A DNA stretch of 62,991 nucleotides, counting the filler, from Licmophora abbreviata (Eukaryota), in assembly GCA_900291995.1 (NCBI GenBank). It is 17 parts of 17 records of this genome, joined end to end, with 100 filler letters (N's around TTAATTAATTAA, not from the genome) between each part and the next. Parts side by side here need not be neighbours in the genome. Positions count along the whole stretch, not along the records: positions 35,655 to 41,897 come from OLMU01001056.1; positions 41,998 to 44,172 come from OLMU01001057.1; positions 44,273 to 47,435 come from OLMU01001058.1; positions 47,536 to 51,857 come from OLMU01001059.1; positions 51,958 to 57,655 come from OLMU01001060.1; 12 more parts are not named here. The stretch is one strand, 5' to 3'. Both the position numbers and the translations under genes were made by a program. The notes under the pieces are model-generated. The model worked only from the letters and a program-made list of their open reading frames with translations, searched no databases and had not been told where the DNA came from. Shown here one piece after another: positions 41,276 through 52,859 of this stretch (the first letter of the stretch is position 1; each line of letters starts with the position of its first letter).

Positions 41276-43141
41276 TCACTCGATGTCGGTCACCGGCTCG
41301 GGCGTGTCTTGTGCCAGGTCGCGGATGCCGATTGGCGTCTCCTGCGCCTTGGCGAGTGACCATCTTGTGCGCGTCGCATACTCCATCACGCGACCGGATA
41401 GAACGATTTGTTTGGTCGCACGCGGCTTGAGGCGGTTTTTTTCAAGATAAACACTGGGTTCAAGCGAAAGTTTCACTGTCCCATCGGACCGGAACACCCA
41501 GATCTCACCGCTTTTGAGGGCCATGGACACGGCGGCCCCTCCCATGTCGAGGCTTGCATCCACATCGGGGTGCAGGTGGAACCGGATCTCGAATGTGACG
41601 CCCTGTAGCGTCACCGCATCCATCGCCCTGTCGAAACGGCGGCGGTCGGTTTCGTTGAGCGTCAGCAACATGTCCTCACCGGCCACGCCGCGCCCGTCGA
41701 ATGTCAGATCAAGGCTGCGGGCATGGGTGAGGCCGTGACTGCCGGTATAGCCGTCATGCCCACCCTCGAAGCGGATGCCATCCGAGGCGCGGCTGAGTTT
41801 GACCGGCACGTTTCGGGGGGCGTCGATCAGCAGGGCGTGCCGTTCGGACCCCTTGTTGAGCCGCGCGCTGGACCGGCCGGCAAGGACCAGGGTGGAGNNN
41901 NNNNNNNNNNNNNNNNNNNNNNNNNNNNNNNNNNNNNNNNNTTAATTAATTAANNNNNNNNNNNNNNNNNNNNNNNNNNNNNNNNNNNNNNNNNNNNCCG
42001 GCAAGGACCAGGGTGGAGTGCGACGGTGTGGCGCGGCCTGCGCGGCGCCATTGCAGGCCGAAACTGGCGCCGGAGCCGCAGTTCACGATCAGCGGGCGGC
42101 GGCCCGAGGTCAGCTCGAATGCAAGTGTCGAGGCATGGGCATTGCCCGAAGCCTTGCCCGAAGGAGGCGGCGCGGCGTCCACGATGATCGAGGTTCGACC
42201 GGCGCTGAGACGGGCGTAACCCATTGATAAACCGTCAGGTTGCCGCGTCTTGACGCCGCTGTTGGCAAGCGCGTTGTCGAGCCGACCCTCAAGCCCCTTG
42301 CCGCCGCCATGAAACCGCGCCAGCCCGCCATCGGCATGGCGCAGGGTGCGCAGGGTGGGGCGATGCGTTCGATGGCGGACCAATGCGCCTCGGATGGGGC
42401 GCGCCCCGATTCGCCCAAGGCGACCGAGGCCCATGTCAGAAGGGTGAAAACCTCGAGCAATTCCTCGGGGTTACGGGTGGGTAGGCCACCGGCGTCGTCG
42501 ATCTGGCGGTCGCATTCGCGGGCCAGCGCGGTGACGGCAGGGGCGATATGGGTTTCCATTCCCTCAAGCGACAGTCCGGCATAGACAAGCCCTGTTAACG
42601 CTTCGAATCGCGGCAGGCCGGGGCGCGCCACCTGCCAGCGGCGGCCAAGGAAAATTGTCTGCTGTGCCAAGGACTTGTAAAAGATCTGGGTGCGGTCGGC
42701 GGACTGCCCACTGAGCACGAAAAGCGCGTGATTGATCCAGCGGATCAGCCTGCGCCCCGCCAGATCCGGGGTCCAGCCGGGGCCGCGACCGGCGCCATAG
42801 CGCTCAATCCATGTCCAAAGCCAGTCCTGGGCGCAGGATCGGCAGCGCGGATCGGCGGCGGCGGCCAGATCATCGAGCCAGCCAAAGCCGTGCATCGCAT
42901 CCGCAAAAGCCGCGTCAGGCGGATCGAGATCCCAGATGCTTGTCTCGGGCTGTTGCAAAAGATGGCCGGAAAACAAGAAGTTGCCCGCGGCCAACTGCCT
43001 GCCGCGCGCGAAACTTCCGATGGTGCGGGGTTCGGGCTGTGAGACGAAGGCGGTGATCGGGCGCGACCATGTGGCGCGCCTTGCGGCGACGCGGTTCATG
43101 AGGCGCGTCCAGCGCGCCGACGGGGTGTCGGACTGTAACAT
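41276..43141 (-). CDS. Heparinase II/III-like protein (gap plus one frameshift near 42358)
   Basis: [43 protein letters not shown]; sits between rsmB and purH. Confidence 0.8.
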
Positions 43142-43364
43142 TTACCGTGCCTCTGCACGCTCTTTCTGGCGTTGTGGAGGGAAGTATAGACGCCCGGCCA
43201 AGCCAAGTCACCGACGGATTGCGTGCCGGGCGACGAGTTTCGTACGAGTTGTACGAAACCTGCGCGGGTTTGGGACCAAATTCACCCCCAAGCCGCAGAT
43301 TTGTGTCCATCCCGTACGCAAATCGGCCCAAGCCTGCCCGGATCGGACCCGGATCGGACCCGGA

Positions 43365-44358
43365 TCAGGACGCCGGAGCAAGCCGGAGACAGGCGATGTA
43401 GAAGCCGTCCATCCCGCCCAGCTCGGGCCAGTGATCGGGACGCAGGCGCACCCCGCCCTCGTCGGTGATCCACGCAGGGTCGATCCCCGGCAAACGGGCT
43501 GTGGAGTTGCGATCCACTGACAGGCCGGGATGACGACCGAGCGCCTCGTCAACCTGGCATTCACCTTCGTCCGGTAGAAGCGAGCATGTGCAGAACACCA
43601 GCCGCCCACCCGGCTTGAGAAGGGACAGAGCATGATCCAGCATCGCCGCCTGCAGCGCGATCAGCGCGCCGAACTCGGACCCGTCCTTGGCGAAGGGCAG
43701 ATCGGGATGGCGGCGGATCGTGCCGGTGGCCGAACAGGGTGCATCCAGCAGCACCGCGTCATAGGGGCCGCCCGTATGTTCGAGCGCGTCGCCGGTGATG
43801 CAATTGGCGGAATATCCGCAGCGTTCAAGGTTCTCGCGCACACGGGCCATGCGCTTCTCGGACAGATCAAGCGCCGTCACATCGGCCCCGGCGGCGCAAA
43901 GCTGCAGGGTCTTGCCGCCCGGTGCGGCACAGAGATCCAGAACCGACTCATGCGGTTGGGGGTCCAGCACACGGACGGGCAGGGCGGCGGCGGCATCCTG
44001 CACCCACCAGTCGCCCGACGTATACCCCGGCAACGCCGAGACCTGCCCGGCGTCGGACAGGCCGCACAGAGCCGGTGGGCAAGAGCGTGCCCTGCAGCCG
44101 TTCGGCCAAGGCGGCGGCATCGCCGCGCGCGGTCAGATCGAGCGGCGCACCGGCGAATTGCGCCTGCTCCATNNNNNNNNNNNNNNNNNNNNNNNNNNNN
44201 NNNNNNNNNNNNNNNNTTAATTAATTAANNNNNNNNNNNNNNNNNNNNNNNNNNNNNNNNNNNNNNNNNNNNAGATCGGACATCAGCCGCCCGTCGCCCA
44301 GCACCTGATCGAGCAGATGGACCGCGCTGCGGCGGGCGGACGGTGCGGGCTGTGACAT
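43365..44358 (-). CDS. RsmB/NOP2-family RNA m5C methyltransferase (gap plus frameshift near 44061)
   Basis: WWVQDAAA, LDLCAAPGGKT, LLDAPCSATGTIRRHPD, CTCSL. Confidence 0.88.
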
Positions 44359-44424
44359 CTGGCATCCTTGGCTTGGGGCAAGGCTGGCATATATCAAGGG
44401 GTGAAGAGCAAAGGAACCCCGACG

Positions 44425-44604
44425 ATGAGCGATGACATCTCCGATCTGCCGCCCGCCGCGCAACGCGCCCTGGCCGAGGCCGAGGAACGGCGCCGCAAGG
44501 CCGACGCGCTTGATCTGCCCAAGGAACTTGGCGGGCGGCGCGAAGGGCTTGAGCCCGTGCGCTATGGCGACTGGGAGAAGAAGGGGCTTGCGATAGATTT
44601 CTGA
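44425..44604 (+). CDS. DUF1674 / SDHAF4-like small protein
   Basis: ELGG..GLEPVRYGDWEKKG. Confidence 0.85.
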   Translation: MSDDISDLPPAAQRALAEAEERRRKADALDLPKELGGRREGLEPVRYGDWEKKGLAIDF

Positions 44605-44619
44605 TCGCGGGCCGCGTGC

Positions 44620-44979
44620 CTATTGCAGGCGAAGATCGGCGTAATCGCCGGTTCCCTGATCGGAAATGAAGCGCAGCGTCTGGTTCTTGACCTGAACCGC
44701 CTGACAATTGGCGCCGATCTCGTAATCGCCCCAATAAATGTTGCGGCAGAAATAGCCCGAGCGCCAATCCCAGGCGCCGGTCACGTTACGACCAAAAGCG
44801 CGACCCTTGATCTGGCCATCATCGGTCACGTCGAGCTGGATGCCAAAGCGCGTGAGCTTGCGCCCATCCACCAGCGAGACGAATGTCTTTTCATCCGAGA
44901 TTTGAGAAAAGCCTTCCGCGGAAGCGGGCAGGGGTGCCGCAACGGCAAAGCTCAGAAAAGTGAGGGCACAGAGACGCAT
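44620..44979 (-). CDS. Small secreted hypothetical protein
   Basis: 119 aa with signal peptide; GAWDW..GYFCR. Confidence 0.65.
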   Translation of the reverse strand: MRLCALTFLSFAVAAPLPASAEGFSQISDEKTFVSLVDGRKLTRFGIQLDVTDDGQIKGRAFGRNVTGAWDWRSGYFCRNIYWGDYEIGANCQAVQVKNQTLRFISDQGTGDYADLRLQ

Positions 44980-45048
44980 GATCCACGATCCTTCACGCTA
45001 ACAAACGAGTCGGTCATGCATACTATACGGGTCAGCGCCCCATGCGGA

Positions 45049-45867
45049 TCAATTTTCGTTGAGCCCCAGCACGTCCATCATGTCATATTCGCCGGGTTTG
45101 CGCCCCTGACCCCAGAGGGCCGCCTTGAGCGCGCCGCGCGCGAACACGGCCCGGTCGGTGGCGATGTGGCGCAGGATCACACGCTCGCCGGTGGCGGCGA
45201 ACATCACGTCGTGTTCGCCCACGATATCGCCGCCCCGGATCGCGGAAAATCCGATATCGCCGCGCCGCCGCTTGCCGGTGATCCCGTCGCGGCCCCGATC
45301 CGAGACGTCGTCAAGCCGCACACCGCGCCCAAGGGCCGCCGCCTCGCCGAGCATCAGAGCGGTGCCCGAGGGGGCATCGACCTTCTGATTGTGATGCGCC
45401 TCGATCACCTCGATGTCGAAATCCTCATCGAGCGCCGCAGCGACCTTGCGGGTGAGCTGCACCAGAAGATTGACTCCAAGGCTCATGTTGCCGGCGCGGA
45501 TGATGGTGGCGTGGCGCGCGGCGGCGGCGATGGCGGCGAGATCGTCATCACTGAGACCGGTGGTGCCGATCACATGCACGCAGCGCGCCTGAGCCGCGAT
45601 GCCGGCAAATTCGACGGTGGCGGCGGGGGCGGTGAAATCGATCACCGCATGGGCGCGGGCAAAGGCTTCGAGCGGATCGTCGGTCACGGCGAGATTGATC
45701 GGCGCGCCGCCCATCGCCTCGCCCAGATCGCGACCGATCCACTCATGTCCCGTGCGTTCCAGCGCGCCGACAAGCTGCGCGCGCGGACTGTCGAGCACGG
45801 TGCGGATCAGCATCTGGCCCATGCGCCCCGAGGCGCCGGTGATCACAATGCCGGGCAGGTCTGTCAT
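45049..45867 (-). CDS. dapB: 4-hydroxy-tetrahydrodipicolinate reductase
   Basis: [30 protein letters not shown]. Confidence 0.96.
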   Translation of the reverse strand: MTDLPGIVITGASGRMGQMLIRTVLDSPRAQLVGALERTGHEWIGRDLGEAMGGAPINLAVTDDPLEAFARAHAVIDFTAPAATVEFAGIAAQARCVHVIGTTGLSDDDLAAIAAAARHATIIRAGNMSLGVNLLVQLTRKVAAALDEDFDIEVIEAHHNQKVDAPSGTALMLGEAAALGRGVRLDDVSDRGRDGITGKRRRGDIGFSAIRGGDIVGEHDVMFAATGERVILRHIATDRAVFARGALKAALWGQGRKPGEYDMMDVLGLNEN

Positions 45868-46017
45868 GTCGCGGTCTCCGGTTGGCAAACGGGTCTGGTG
45901 TCTGGGGGGGTGTGTAACGCGGGCCGGGGGCGGCGCACAATGGGGAACAGGGGGCGGCAAGGGCCGGGCGCGCGCATTCGTCTTGGCAAAGGTCGGCAGA
46001 GCGATTAGATGCGGAGC

Positions 46018-46413
46018 ATGGCAAAGAACAAGTCTCATGATGGTCAGGGCCCTTCTCAGCGCCAGCTTCGCGTGGGCGAGCTTGTGCGCCGGACGCTGTC
46101 GGACCTGCTGATGCGCGGCGATGTGCATGACCCCGAGTTGAACCGCATGTCGGTGACCGTGGGGGAGGTGCGCGTGTCGCCCGATCTCAGGATCGCGACG
46201 GCTTATGTGCTGCCTCTGGGCGGTGACGGGCAGGAGCAGGCGATCGATCTGCTGGCGCGCAACCGGGGCGAATTGCGCCGGCTGATCGGCAAGAAGCTCG
46301 ACCTGAAATATGTGCCCGACCTGCGGTTCCGCATCGACGAGACCTTCGACCGCATGGATGAGACCCGCCGCATGTTCGCCGATGAAAAGGTGCGACGGGA
46401 TGTCGAAAGCTAG
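46018..46413 (+). CDS. rbfA: Ribosome-binding factor A
   Basis: [29 protein letters not shown]. Confidence 0.95.
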   Translation: MAKNKSHDGQGPSQRQLRVGELVRRTLSDLLMRGDVHDPELNRMSVTVGEVRVSPDLRIATAYVLPLGGDGQEQAIDLLARNRGELRRLIGKKLDLKYVPDLRFRIDETFDRMDETRRMFADEKVRRDVES

Positions 46414-47149
46414 GACCTTGCGCTGGGCGGCGGTGCTGTGTGCCTTGGCCGGGCCTGCGGCTGCGGTCGAGTGCGCAGCGGTCGAGCATCTGGGGCAATC
46501 CTTCACAGTCTGCACGGTGGACGCGGCATCCGCGGATATGCGGCTGTTCCTGCGCGATGCGGAGACGGGCCGCCCGCTGGCCAGTTTCGGCAATGTCGAG
46601 GAACGGCTGGAGGCGGGGGGCGAGCGTTTGGTATTTGCGATGAACGCGGGCATGTATCACAGCGATCGCCGACCCGTGGGCCATTACGTCGAGGATGGTG
46701 TGGCGCTGGCGCCGGTGATCTCGTCGGCGGGGCCGGGGAATTTCGGGATGCTGCCCAACGGGGTGTTCTGCATCGCGGAGGGCCGCGCCGATGTGGTGGA
46801 AACGCTGCGCTTCATCGAGGAGGCGCCCGCTTGCCGCCATGCCACCCAGTCGGGGCCGATGCTGGTGATCGACGGCGCGCTGCATCCGCGGTTCCTGCCC
46901 GATAGCGACAGCCGCCATGTGCGCAACGGGGTGGGCAGCTCGGGCGATGGGCGCACGGTGTGGTTCGCGATCTCCGAGGCGCCGGTGACCTTCCACGACT
47001 TCGGCACGCTGTTTCGCGATGCGCTGGGGGCAGAGCAGGCGCTTTACTTCGATGGCAGCATCTCGCGGCTCTATGTTCCGGCGCAGAACCGCCATGATGG
47101 CGGCTTCCCGATGGGCCCGATCGTCGGCGTGGTGGTGCCACAGGGCTGA
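46400..47149 (+). CDS. Phosphodiester glycosidase (YigE/NAGPA-like) family protein
   Basis: [30 protein letters not shown]. Confidence 0.85.
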   Translation: MSKARTLRWAAVLCALAGPAAAVECAAVEHLGQSFTVCTVDAASADMRLFLRDAETGRPLASFGNVEERLEAGGERLVFAMNAGMYHSDRRPVGHYVEDGVALAPVISSAGPGNFGMLPNGVFCIAEGRADVVETLRFIEEAPACRHATQSGPMLVIDGALHPRFLPDSDSRHVRNGVGSSGDGRTVWFAISEAPVTFHDFGTLFRDALGAEQALYFDGSISRLYVPAQNRHDGGFPMGPIVGVVVPQG

Positions 47150-47225
47150 TCGGGCACCTGCCGAATTGACAGCGCGCGGGGCTTGGGCTACGCCCGCGCC
47201 TCCACCCCGATTGAAGGACAGGACC

Positions 47226-48161
47226 ATGGCACGCAAACGCAAGGGGCGCGATCTTTCCGGCTGGCTGGTCGTGGACAAGCCCGCAGGGCTGACATCCACC
47301 GCCGTGGTCAACAAGGTGCGCTGGGCGCTGCAGGCGCAAAAGGCGGGGCATGCCGGCACGCTTGATCCCGAGGCAACCGGCGTTCTGGCCGTGGCGCTGG
47401 GCGAGGCCACCAAGACCGTGCCCTATATCACCGAGNNNNNNNNNNNNNNNNNNNNNNNNNNNNNNNNNNNNNNNNNNNNTTAATTAATTAANNNNNNNNN
47501 NNNNNNNNNNNNNNNNNNNNNNNNNNNNNNNNNNNTGATCGCCCAGAGCGACGCGCGCCCCGATGACGCCACCATCAAGGAGGCGCTGCACGGCTTCGTC
47601 GGAGAGATCATGCAGGTGCCCCCGAAATATTCCGCCGTCAAGATCGACGGCCAACGCGCTTATAAACTGGCCCGTGACGGCGAGACGTTCGAGGTCGAGG
47701 CCCGCCCCCTCTGGGTCGAGGAGCTGGTGATGATCGCGCGTCCCGATGCCGATCACGTGGTGCTGGAAATGACCTGCGGCAAGGGCGGCTATGTGCGCGC
47801 GATCGCCCGTGATCTGGGCGCGGCGCTGGGCTGTTTCGGCCATGTCACAAAGCTGCGGCGCATCTGGTCGGGTCCATTCCGCGCCGAGGACGGGCTGAGC
47901 CTCGACGAGATCGACAGGCTGGCCCGCACGCCCGAGCTTGACGCCTTTGTGCGCCCTCTCGAAGAGGGACTGGGCGAGTTGCCCGAACTGCACTGCACCG
48001 ATGTGGGGCTGGCGCGGCTGAAGAACGGCAATCCCGGCATGGTGATCGCCTCGGATGTGGAGTATGGCGAGGAATGCTGGGCCTCTTATGAGGGCCGCGC
48101 GGTTGCGGTTGGCCGCTACAAGGCGGGCGAGCTGCACCCCAGCCGCGTCTTCAACCAGTGA
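47226..48161 (+). CDS. truB: tRNA pseudouridine(55) synthase, split by gap
   Basis: [40 protein letters not shown]. Confidence 0.95.
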
Positions 48162-48748
48162 CCGGGTCAGCCACCGGACCCCAAGGACCCCAGGGACCCC
48201 AGGGGCACGATCCCGGCGGCAAGGTCCGCCTCAAGCTGCCCGACGGGGTGACCGGTGGCGCGCGCTTTTCCGACTGCGGCCGCTACCGCCAGATGCTCAG
48301 CCGCGACTGGACGGCGCCGCGCGCCGTGCCGCGCGCGGTGCTCTTCGTGGGCATGAACCCATCGGTCGCCGCGGCCGAGGTGTCGGACCCGACATGCCAC
48401 CGCGAATTGATCTTCGCCCGCGACTGGGGCTTTACCCGCTATCTCAAGGGCAATGTGCTGGACTGGCGCGCCACCGCGCCACGCGACCTGCCCGCCGATC
48501 CCGATCTCGCCTGCAGCCCGGCCAATATCCCGGCGCTGACCGAGATGGCGCAGGAGGCCGAGCTGATCGTCATGGCCTATGGCAAGCTGCACACCCGCTT
48601 CCAGCCGGTGGTGTGCGCGGTGCTGGCGGCGATGTCGGGCACGGGCAAGCCCATCAAATGCCTCGGTCTGAACAAGGACGGATCGGCAAAGCATCCGCTC
48701 TATCTGCGCAAGGACACGCCGCTGATGGATTTCCCCATCCCGGCCTGA
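48158..48748 (+). CDS. DUF1643 domain protein
   Basis: [19 protein letters not shown]...DPT, RAT.P, HPLY. Confidence 0.85.
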   Translation: MTGSATGPQGPQGPQGHDPGGKVRLKLPDGVTGGARFSDCGRYRQMLSRDWTAPRAVPRAVLFVGMNPSVAAAEVSDPTCHRELIFARDWGFTRYLKGNVLDWRATAPRDLPADPDLACSPANIPALTEMAQEAELIVMAYGKLHTRFQPVVCAVLAAMSGTGKPIKCLGLNKDGSAKHPLYLRKDTPLMDFPIPA

Positions 48749-48770
48749 GCGCATGTGTCCGACCGTGGAT

Positions 48771-48867
48771 GCCTCCGGCGGGAGTATTTGGGGAACGATG
48801 AAAGCCGCACCGCGCGCGCGCTTCTTCCGGCCTGAAATATCCCGGGGGTTTGGGGGCTGGCCCCCAA
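48771..48867. repeat. Pair of oppositely oriented REP-like units
   Basis: GCCTCCGGCGGGAGTATTTGGGGAACGATGAAA and CTTCTTCCGGCCTGAAATATCCCGGGGGTTTGGGGGCTGGCCCCCAA; a related copy lies at 59068-59117. Confidence 0.65.
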
Positions 48868-48878
48868 TCCGCACCGAC

Positions 48879-48907
48879 GAAAAAGGGCGCCCCGGAAGGC
48901 GCCCTTG
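48879..48907 (-). terminator. Terminator after degP
   Basis: AGGGCGCC/GGCGCCCT stem with A tract on the + strand (T tract on the minus strand). Confidence 0.7.
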
Positions 48908-48927
48908 ATCATTGATCGGCCAAAAGC

Positions 48928-50400
48928 TCAGTTCTCGCTGTCGATCGGCAGCGCCACGAAGCGCGGTTCGCCCGAGCGGCGGATCAGGAGCAGGATGGAT
49001 TTGCGGCCCGCGTCCCGCGCCTCGCTGATGCGGTTCTCGAGATCGCTGATGCTGGCCACGTTCTGCTGACCGGCTTCGGTGATCAGGTCACCCGCCCGCA
49101 CGCCTTTTTCATAGGCTTCCGAGAGGTTGTCCACATCGGTCACGACAAGCCCGGTCACATCCGAGCCGAGGTCGAGCTGGCCACGCAGCTCGTCATCGAG
49201 GGGGCTGATGGTGAGACCCATCATTTCCTGTTCGGAGGGTTCGGCGGGCGTGTCCGGGCCGGGCTGGGCGGTGGGCACGGCGCCTTCGGCGACTTCGCGG
49301 CGGCCGAGCGTGACCTTGAGCGTCTGGGTCTTGCCCTCGCGGAACACGGTGACGCGCACGGCTTTGCCGACCTCGGTGTTGCCGACCTGCCGCACGAGGC
49401 CGCGGGTGTCGTCCACTTGCGTGCCGTCGAAGCTGAGGATCACGTCGCCGGCCTGCATGCCGGCTTCGGAGGCGGGGCCTTCGGGCACGTCTGTGACCAG
49501 CGCGCCGCGCACCTCTTCGAGGCCCATGGCTTCGGCGACGTCCTCGGTCACGTCCTGAATGCGCACGCCGAGCCAGCCGCGGCGGGTTTCGCCGTATTCC
49601 TTGAGCTGGTCGATCACCCGCGTCACCACGTTCGAGGCCATCGAGAAGCCGATCCCGATCGAGCCGCCGGTGGGGGACAGGATCGCGGTGTTCACGCCGA
49701 TCACCTGCGCGTCCATGTTGAACAGCGGGCCGCCGGAATTGCCGCGGTTGATCGCCGCGTCGGTCTGGATGTAGTCGTCATAGGTGCCGCTGAGGGCGCG
49801 GTTGCGCGCCGAGACGATCCCGGCACTGGCCGAGAAACCCTGACCCAGGGGGTTGCCCATGGCCATCACCCAGTCGCCCACGCGGGCGGTGTCGCTGTCG
49901 CCGAAGGTGACGAAAGCCAATGGCTGATCGGCTTTCACCTTGAGCAGGGCGATATCGGTCTTGGGGTCGGTGCCGATCACTTCGGCCACCAGTTCCTCGC
50001 CCGAGAAAAACTCGATGATGATCTCGTCGGCGGCTTCGATCACGTGGTTGTTGGTCACCACGAAGCCGTCTTCGGAGATCACGAAGCCCGAGCCGAGCGC
50101 CGAGCTGCGGCGGGGGCGGTCGCCATCGCCGTTGCGATCGCGGAATTCACGGAAGAAATCCTCGAAGGGGGAGCCTTCGGGCACGATGGGGGAGGGGCCG
50201 GCGCCTTCGGCGACCGTGGTGGAGGTGGTGATGTTGACCACGGCGGGGCTGACCCGGTCGGCCAGATCGGCGAAACTTTCGGGGCGCGCCAGCGCGACGA
50301 GCGTCTGGGCGACGATCAGCGCCATGGTCAGCGCTGTCAGCCAGAGCGCCCGGAGGGCGGAGGGGCTGACTTTGGGGATGGATATGGATTGGCCTGTCAC
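48928..50400 (-). CDS. degP: DegP/HtrA (Do family) serine protease
   Basis: GSGFVI, TNNHV, DIAL, QTDAAINRGNSGGPL, two PDZ domains. Confidence 0.92.
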   Translation of the reverse strand: MTGQSISIPKVSPSALRALWLTALTMALIVAQTLVALARPESFADLADRVSPAVVNITTSTTVAEGAGPSPIVPEGSPFEDFFREFRDRNGDGDRPRRSSALGSGFVISEDGFVVTNNHVIEAADEIIIEFFSGEELVAEVIGTDPKTDIALLKVKADQPLAFVTFGDSDTARVGDWVMAMGNPLGQGFSASAGIVSARNRALSGTYDDYIQTDAAINRGNSGGPLFNMDAQVIGVNTAILSPTGGSIGIGFSMASNVVTRVIDQLKEYGETRRGWLGVRIQDVTEDVAEAMGLEEVRGALVTDVPEGPASEAGMQAGDVILSFDGTQVDDTRGLVRQVGNTEVGKAVRVTVFREGKTQTLKVTLGRREVAEGAVPTAQPGPDTPAEPSEQEMMGLTISPLDDELRGQLDLGSDVTGLVVTDVDNLSEAYEKGVRAGDLITEAGQQNVASISDLENRISEARDAGRKSILLLIRRSGEPRFVALPIDSEN

Positions 50401-50548
50401 AGCGGAATCTCCTTGGCTTTGTCCGGAAGCGCGCGGAACTCTGCCCGCACGCCCTGTGGTCCTATGACCATCATTTAGGCACTGGCCGCGTAAACGCAAA
50501 GATCGCAACACGGTGTCACGGTCATGTGAAAGGCAAGTGAACGGGAAA

Positions 50549-50746
50549 TCAAGCGCCAAGCGTCTTTGCGGCCCAGACCATTGCTACCCCAAGCGCGAGC
50601 GCGATCAGCCCCATCAGGCGGCGCTGATCCTCGGAGAGGGTGGTCAGGGCCAGAAGCATCCGCTCCAAAAGCGAAGGGGCCAGCGCATAGACCAGCCCCT
50701 CCACGATCAGCACCAGCCCGAGGGCCAGAAGCAGCGTTTCGATCAA
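50549..50746 (-). CDS. DUF2065 small membrane protein
   Basis: ALGLVLIVEGL..ALAP; follows hflC. Confidence 0.85.
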   Translation of the reverse strand: MIETLLLALGLVLIVEGLVYALAPSLLERMLLALTTLSEDQRRLMGLIALALGVAMVWAAKTLGA

Positions 50747-51780
50747 TTCGTCACTCCGCTGGCCGCGTCACCGGAACCGGATTGCGATTCTTCTTCCATC
50801 CGCTGGCGTTCCATCTCGGGCAGATCGGGAGAGATCTGCACCTCGGGGGCCATGTCGCGCAGGCTGTCGATGTCGACGCCCAGATTTTCGACCGCGATCA
50901 GGCCGTCGGCGCGCACCGCGTTGAACATCTCGGACAGGAACTCGCTGTCGGGCGAGAAGACCAGCGTGGAGTTGTCACCCTGCAAAGACCGCTCCATTGC
51001 CGAGAGCGAGCGGTAGAAGGTGAAGAACTCGGGGCTGTCACCGAAGGCTTCGGCGTAGATCCGGGTCCGTTCGGCATCGGCTTCACCGCGGGTGATCTCG
51101 GCCTCACGCTCGGCTTGCGAGACGGTTTCGACCACGGTCCGGTCGGCGGCGGCGCGGACGCGCTGGGCGGCCTCGTTACCACGGGCGATTTCGTCGGCGG
51201 CTTCGCGTTCACGCTCGGCGCGCATCCGGGCGAAGGTGGCGTCGAGGTTCTGCTGGGGCAGGTTGGTCTGCTTCAGCCGGACGTCGACAATCTCCAGACC
51301 GAGGCTTTCGGCGCTGGCGCGCGCATTGGCGCGGATGCGGCGGGCCAGATCGCCCCGCTGTGGCGAGAGGATCGTGTCCGATGTGACCTGATCGGCACCC
51401 AGAACCTCGCGGATCTGCGCATTGAGGATCGACGAGAGACGATCCTCGGCGGTGCGGATGCCACCGACGCCCACGGCTTGACGGAACTGGACCACATCGG
51501 TGATCCGGTAGCGCGCGAAGGCATCGACCACCAGGCGGCGGTCATCCGAGGGTGTCACCTCGATCGTGTCGGTGTCGAGCGACAGGATCCGGTCATCGTA
51601 TTTGACGACTTCCTGAATGAGCGGCAGCTTGAAGCCGAGGCCCGGTTCTTCGACGACCTGTTTGATCTGGCCAAACTGGAGGACCAGCGCCTTTTCACGT
51701 TCGTCCACGATAAAGATCGAGGCCATGAAGCCGACGACCGCGATGGCCAGAATCGGCAGAAGCATTGCGGATTTACGCAT
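50743..51780 (-). CDS. hflC: Protease modulator HflC
   Basis: SPFH domain; RMRAERERE, EFFTFYRSL. Confidence 0.93.
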   Translation of the reverse strand: MRKSAMLLPILAIAVVGFMASIFIVDEREKALVLQFGQIKQVVEEPGLGFKLPLIQEVVKYDDRILSLDTDTIEVTPSDDRRLVVDAFARYRITDVVQFRQAVGVGGIRTAEDRLSSILNAQIREVLGADQVTSDTILSPQRGDLARRIRANARASAESLGLEIVDVRLKQTNLPQQNLDATFARMRAEREREAADEIARGNEAAQRVRAAADRTVVETVSQAEREAEITRGEADAERTRIYAEAFGDSPEFFTFYRSLSAMERSLQGDNSTLVFSPDSEFLSEMFNAVRADGLIAVENLGVDIDSLRDMAPEVQISPDLPEMERQRMEEESQSGSGDAASGVTN

Positions 51781-52792
51781 CAGTTCGAGCCCCCGTTGCT
51801 GGAGTTGGACGTGCCGCGACGCAGCTCGTTGAGCGGCAGATAGGGCACGACGCCTTGNNNNNNNNNNNNNNNNNNNNNNNNNNNNNNNNNNNNNNNNNNN
51901 NTTAATTAATTAANNNNNNNNNNNNNNNNNNNNNNNNNNNNNNNNNNNNNNNNNNNNCCTGACGCTGCAGGCGGTCGCGTTCCTGTTCGGCGGCCTGCAC
52001 CTCGCGGAAGGCGTCGATCACTTCGCGTGGGGGGTCTGCCGTATCGAGGTTGACCCGCACGATGTTGATGCCGCTGTCATAGTCGTCCAGCGTTGCCTGG
52101 ATGTTTTCCCGCGCGGTGTCGGCGATCAGACCACGATCCCGGTTGAGAATCGGCGCCAGCGTGCTGGCGGCGATGATCTCGCGCATGACGGATTCGGACA
52201 CCGCCTGTACGGTCAGCTGCGGGTCACGCATGTTGAACAGAAGCTTGGCGGGATCGGAGATGTTCCAGACCACCTGGAAGTCGATATCGACGATGTTTGC
52301 ATCGGTGGTCAGCATGAGGCCATCATTGCCGCTGCGACCGCCGCCCACTTCTTCGGTCCGTTCCGAGGTGACGTTGACGACTTCGTAGGTCATCACGGGC
52401 CAAGGTGCGAAGTTCAGGCCGGGATTGCCGATCGCGGCATATTCGCCCAGAAACAGTTCGACCGACTGCTCTTCGGGTTTCACCGTATAGAAGCTGGCCG
52501 CGCCCCAGAGCACCACGGCGATCACGCCACCAAGCAGGATCGAGCCGCGCCCGAATGCCGGGCCGCCACCGCCGCCCGAGCCACCGGCACCGCCGCCCGT
52601 GCCACCGCCGCGACCGCCCATCAGGACGCGCAGTTGATCCTGGCCCTTCTTGACCAGTTCGTCGATTTCCGGGATCTGCGGGCCGCCGCCTTCGGGGGGT
52701 CTGCGACCGCCCCTGTTGCCACCACGGTTGTCATCCCCGCCGCCGCCTGAATTACCTCCGCCGCCCCAAGGGCCGCCAGATTGTCCAGCCAT
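51780..52792 (-). CDS. hflK: Protease modulator HflK, split by gap
   Basis: Gly-rich N-terminus, MLTTDANIVD, VIDAFREVQAAEQE, VVPYLPL. Confidence 0.93.
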
Positions 52793-52859
52793 GTGTTACC
52801 TTCCTTTACTGTCGTCCCGCCGGGACGTTGTGTCTAACCTGTGCAGCGCGGCGCAAAAA

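Noticed and set aside
41877..42019. Duplication of CCGGCAAGGACCAGGGTGGAG on both sides of a gap
   Set aside because: Overlapping contig ends, not a target-site duplication.
42350..42365. Frameshift in the heparinase-like gene
   Set aside because: One base missing in a homopolymer run with both halves intact; most likely a sequencing error.
44055..44068. Frameshift in the rsmB-like gene
   Set aside because: A single extra base with intact motifs on both sides; likely a sequencing error in a draft assembly.
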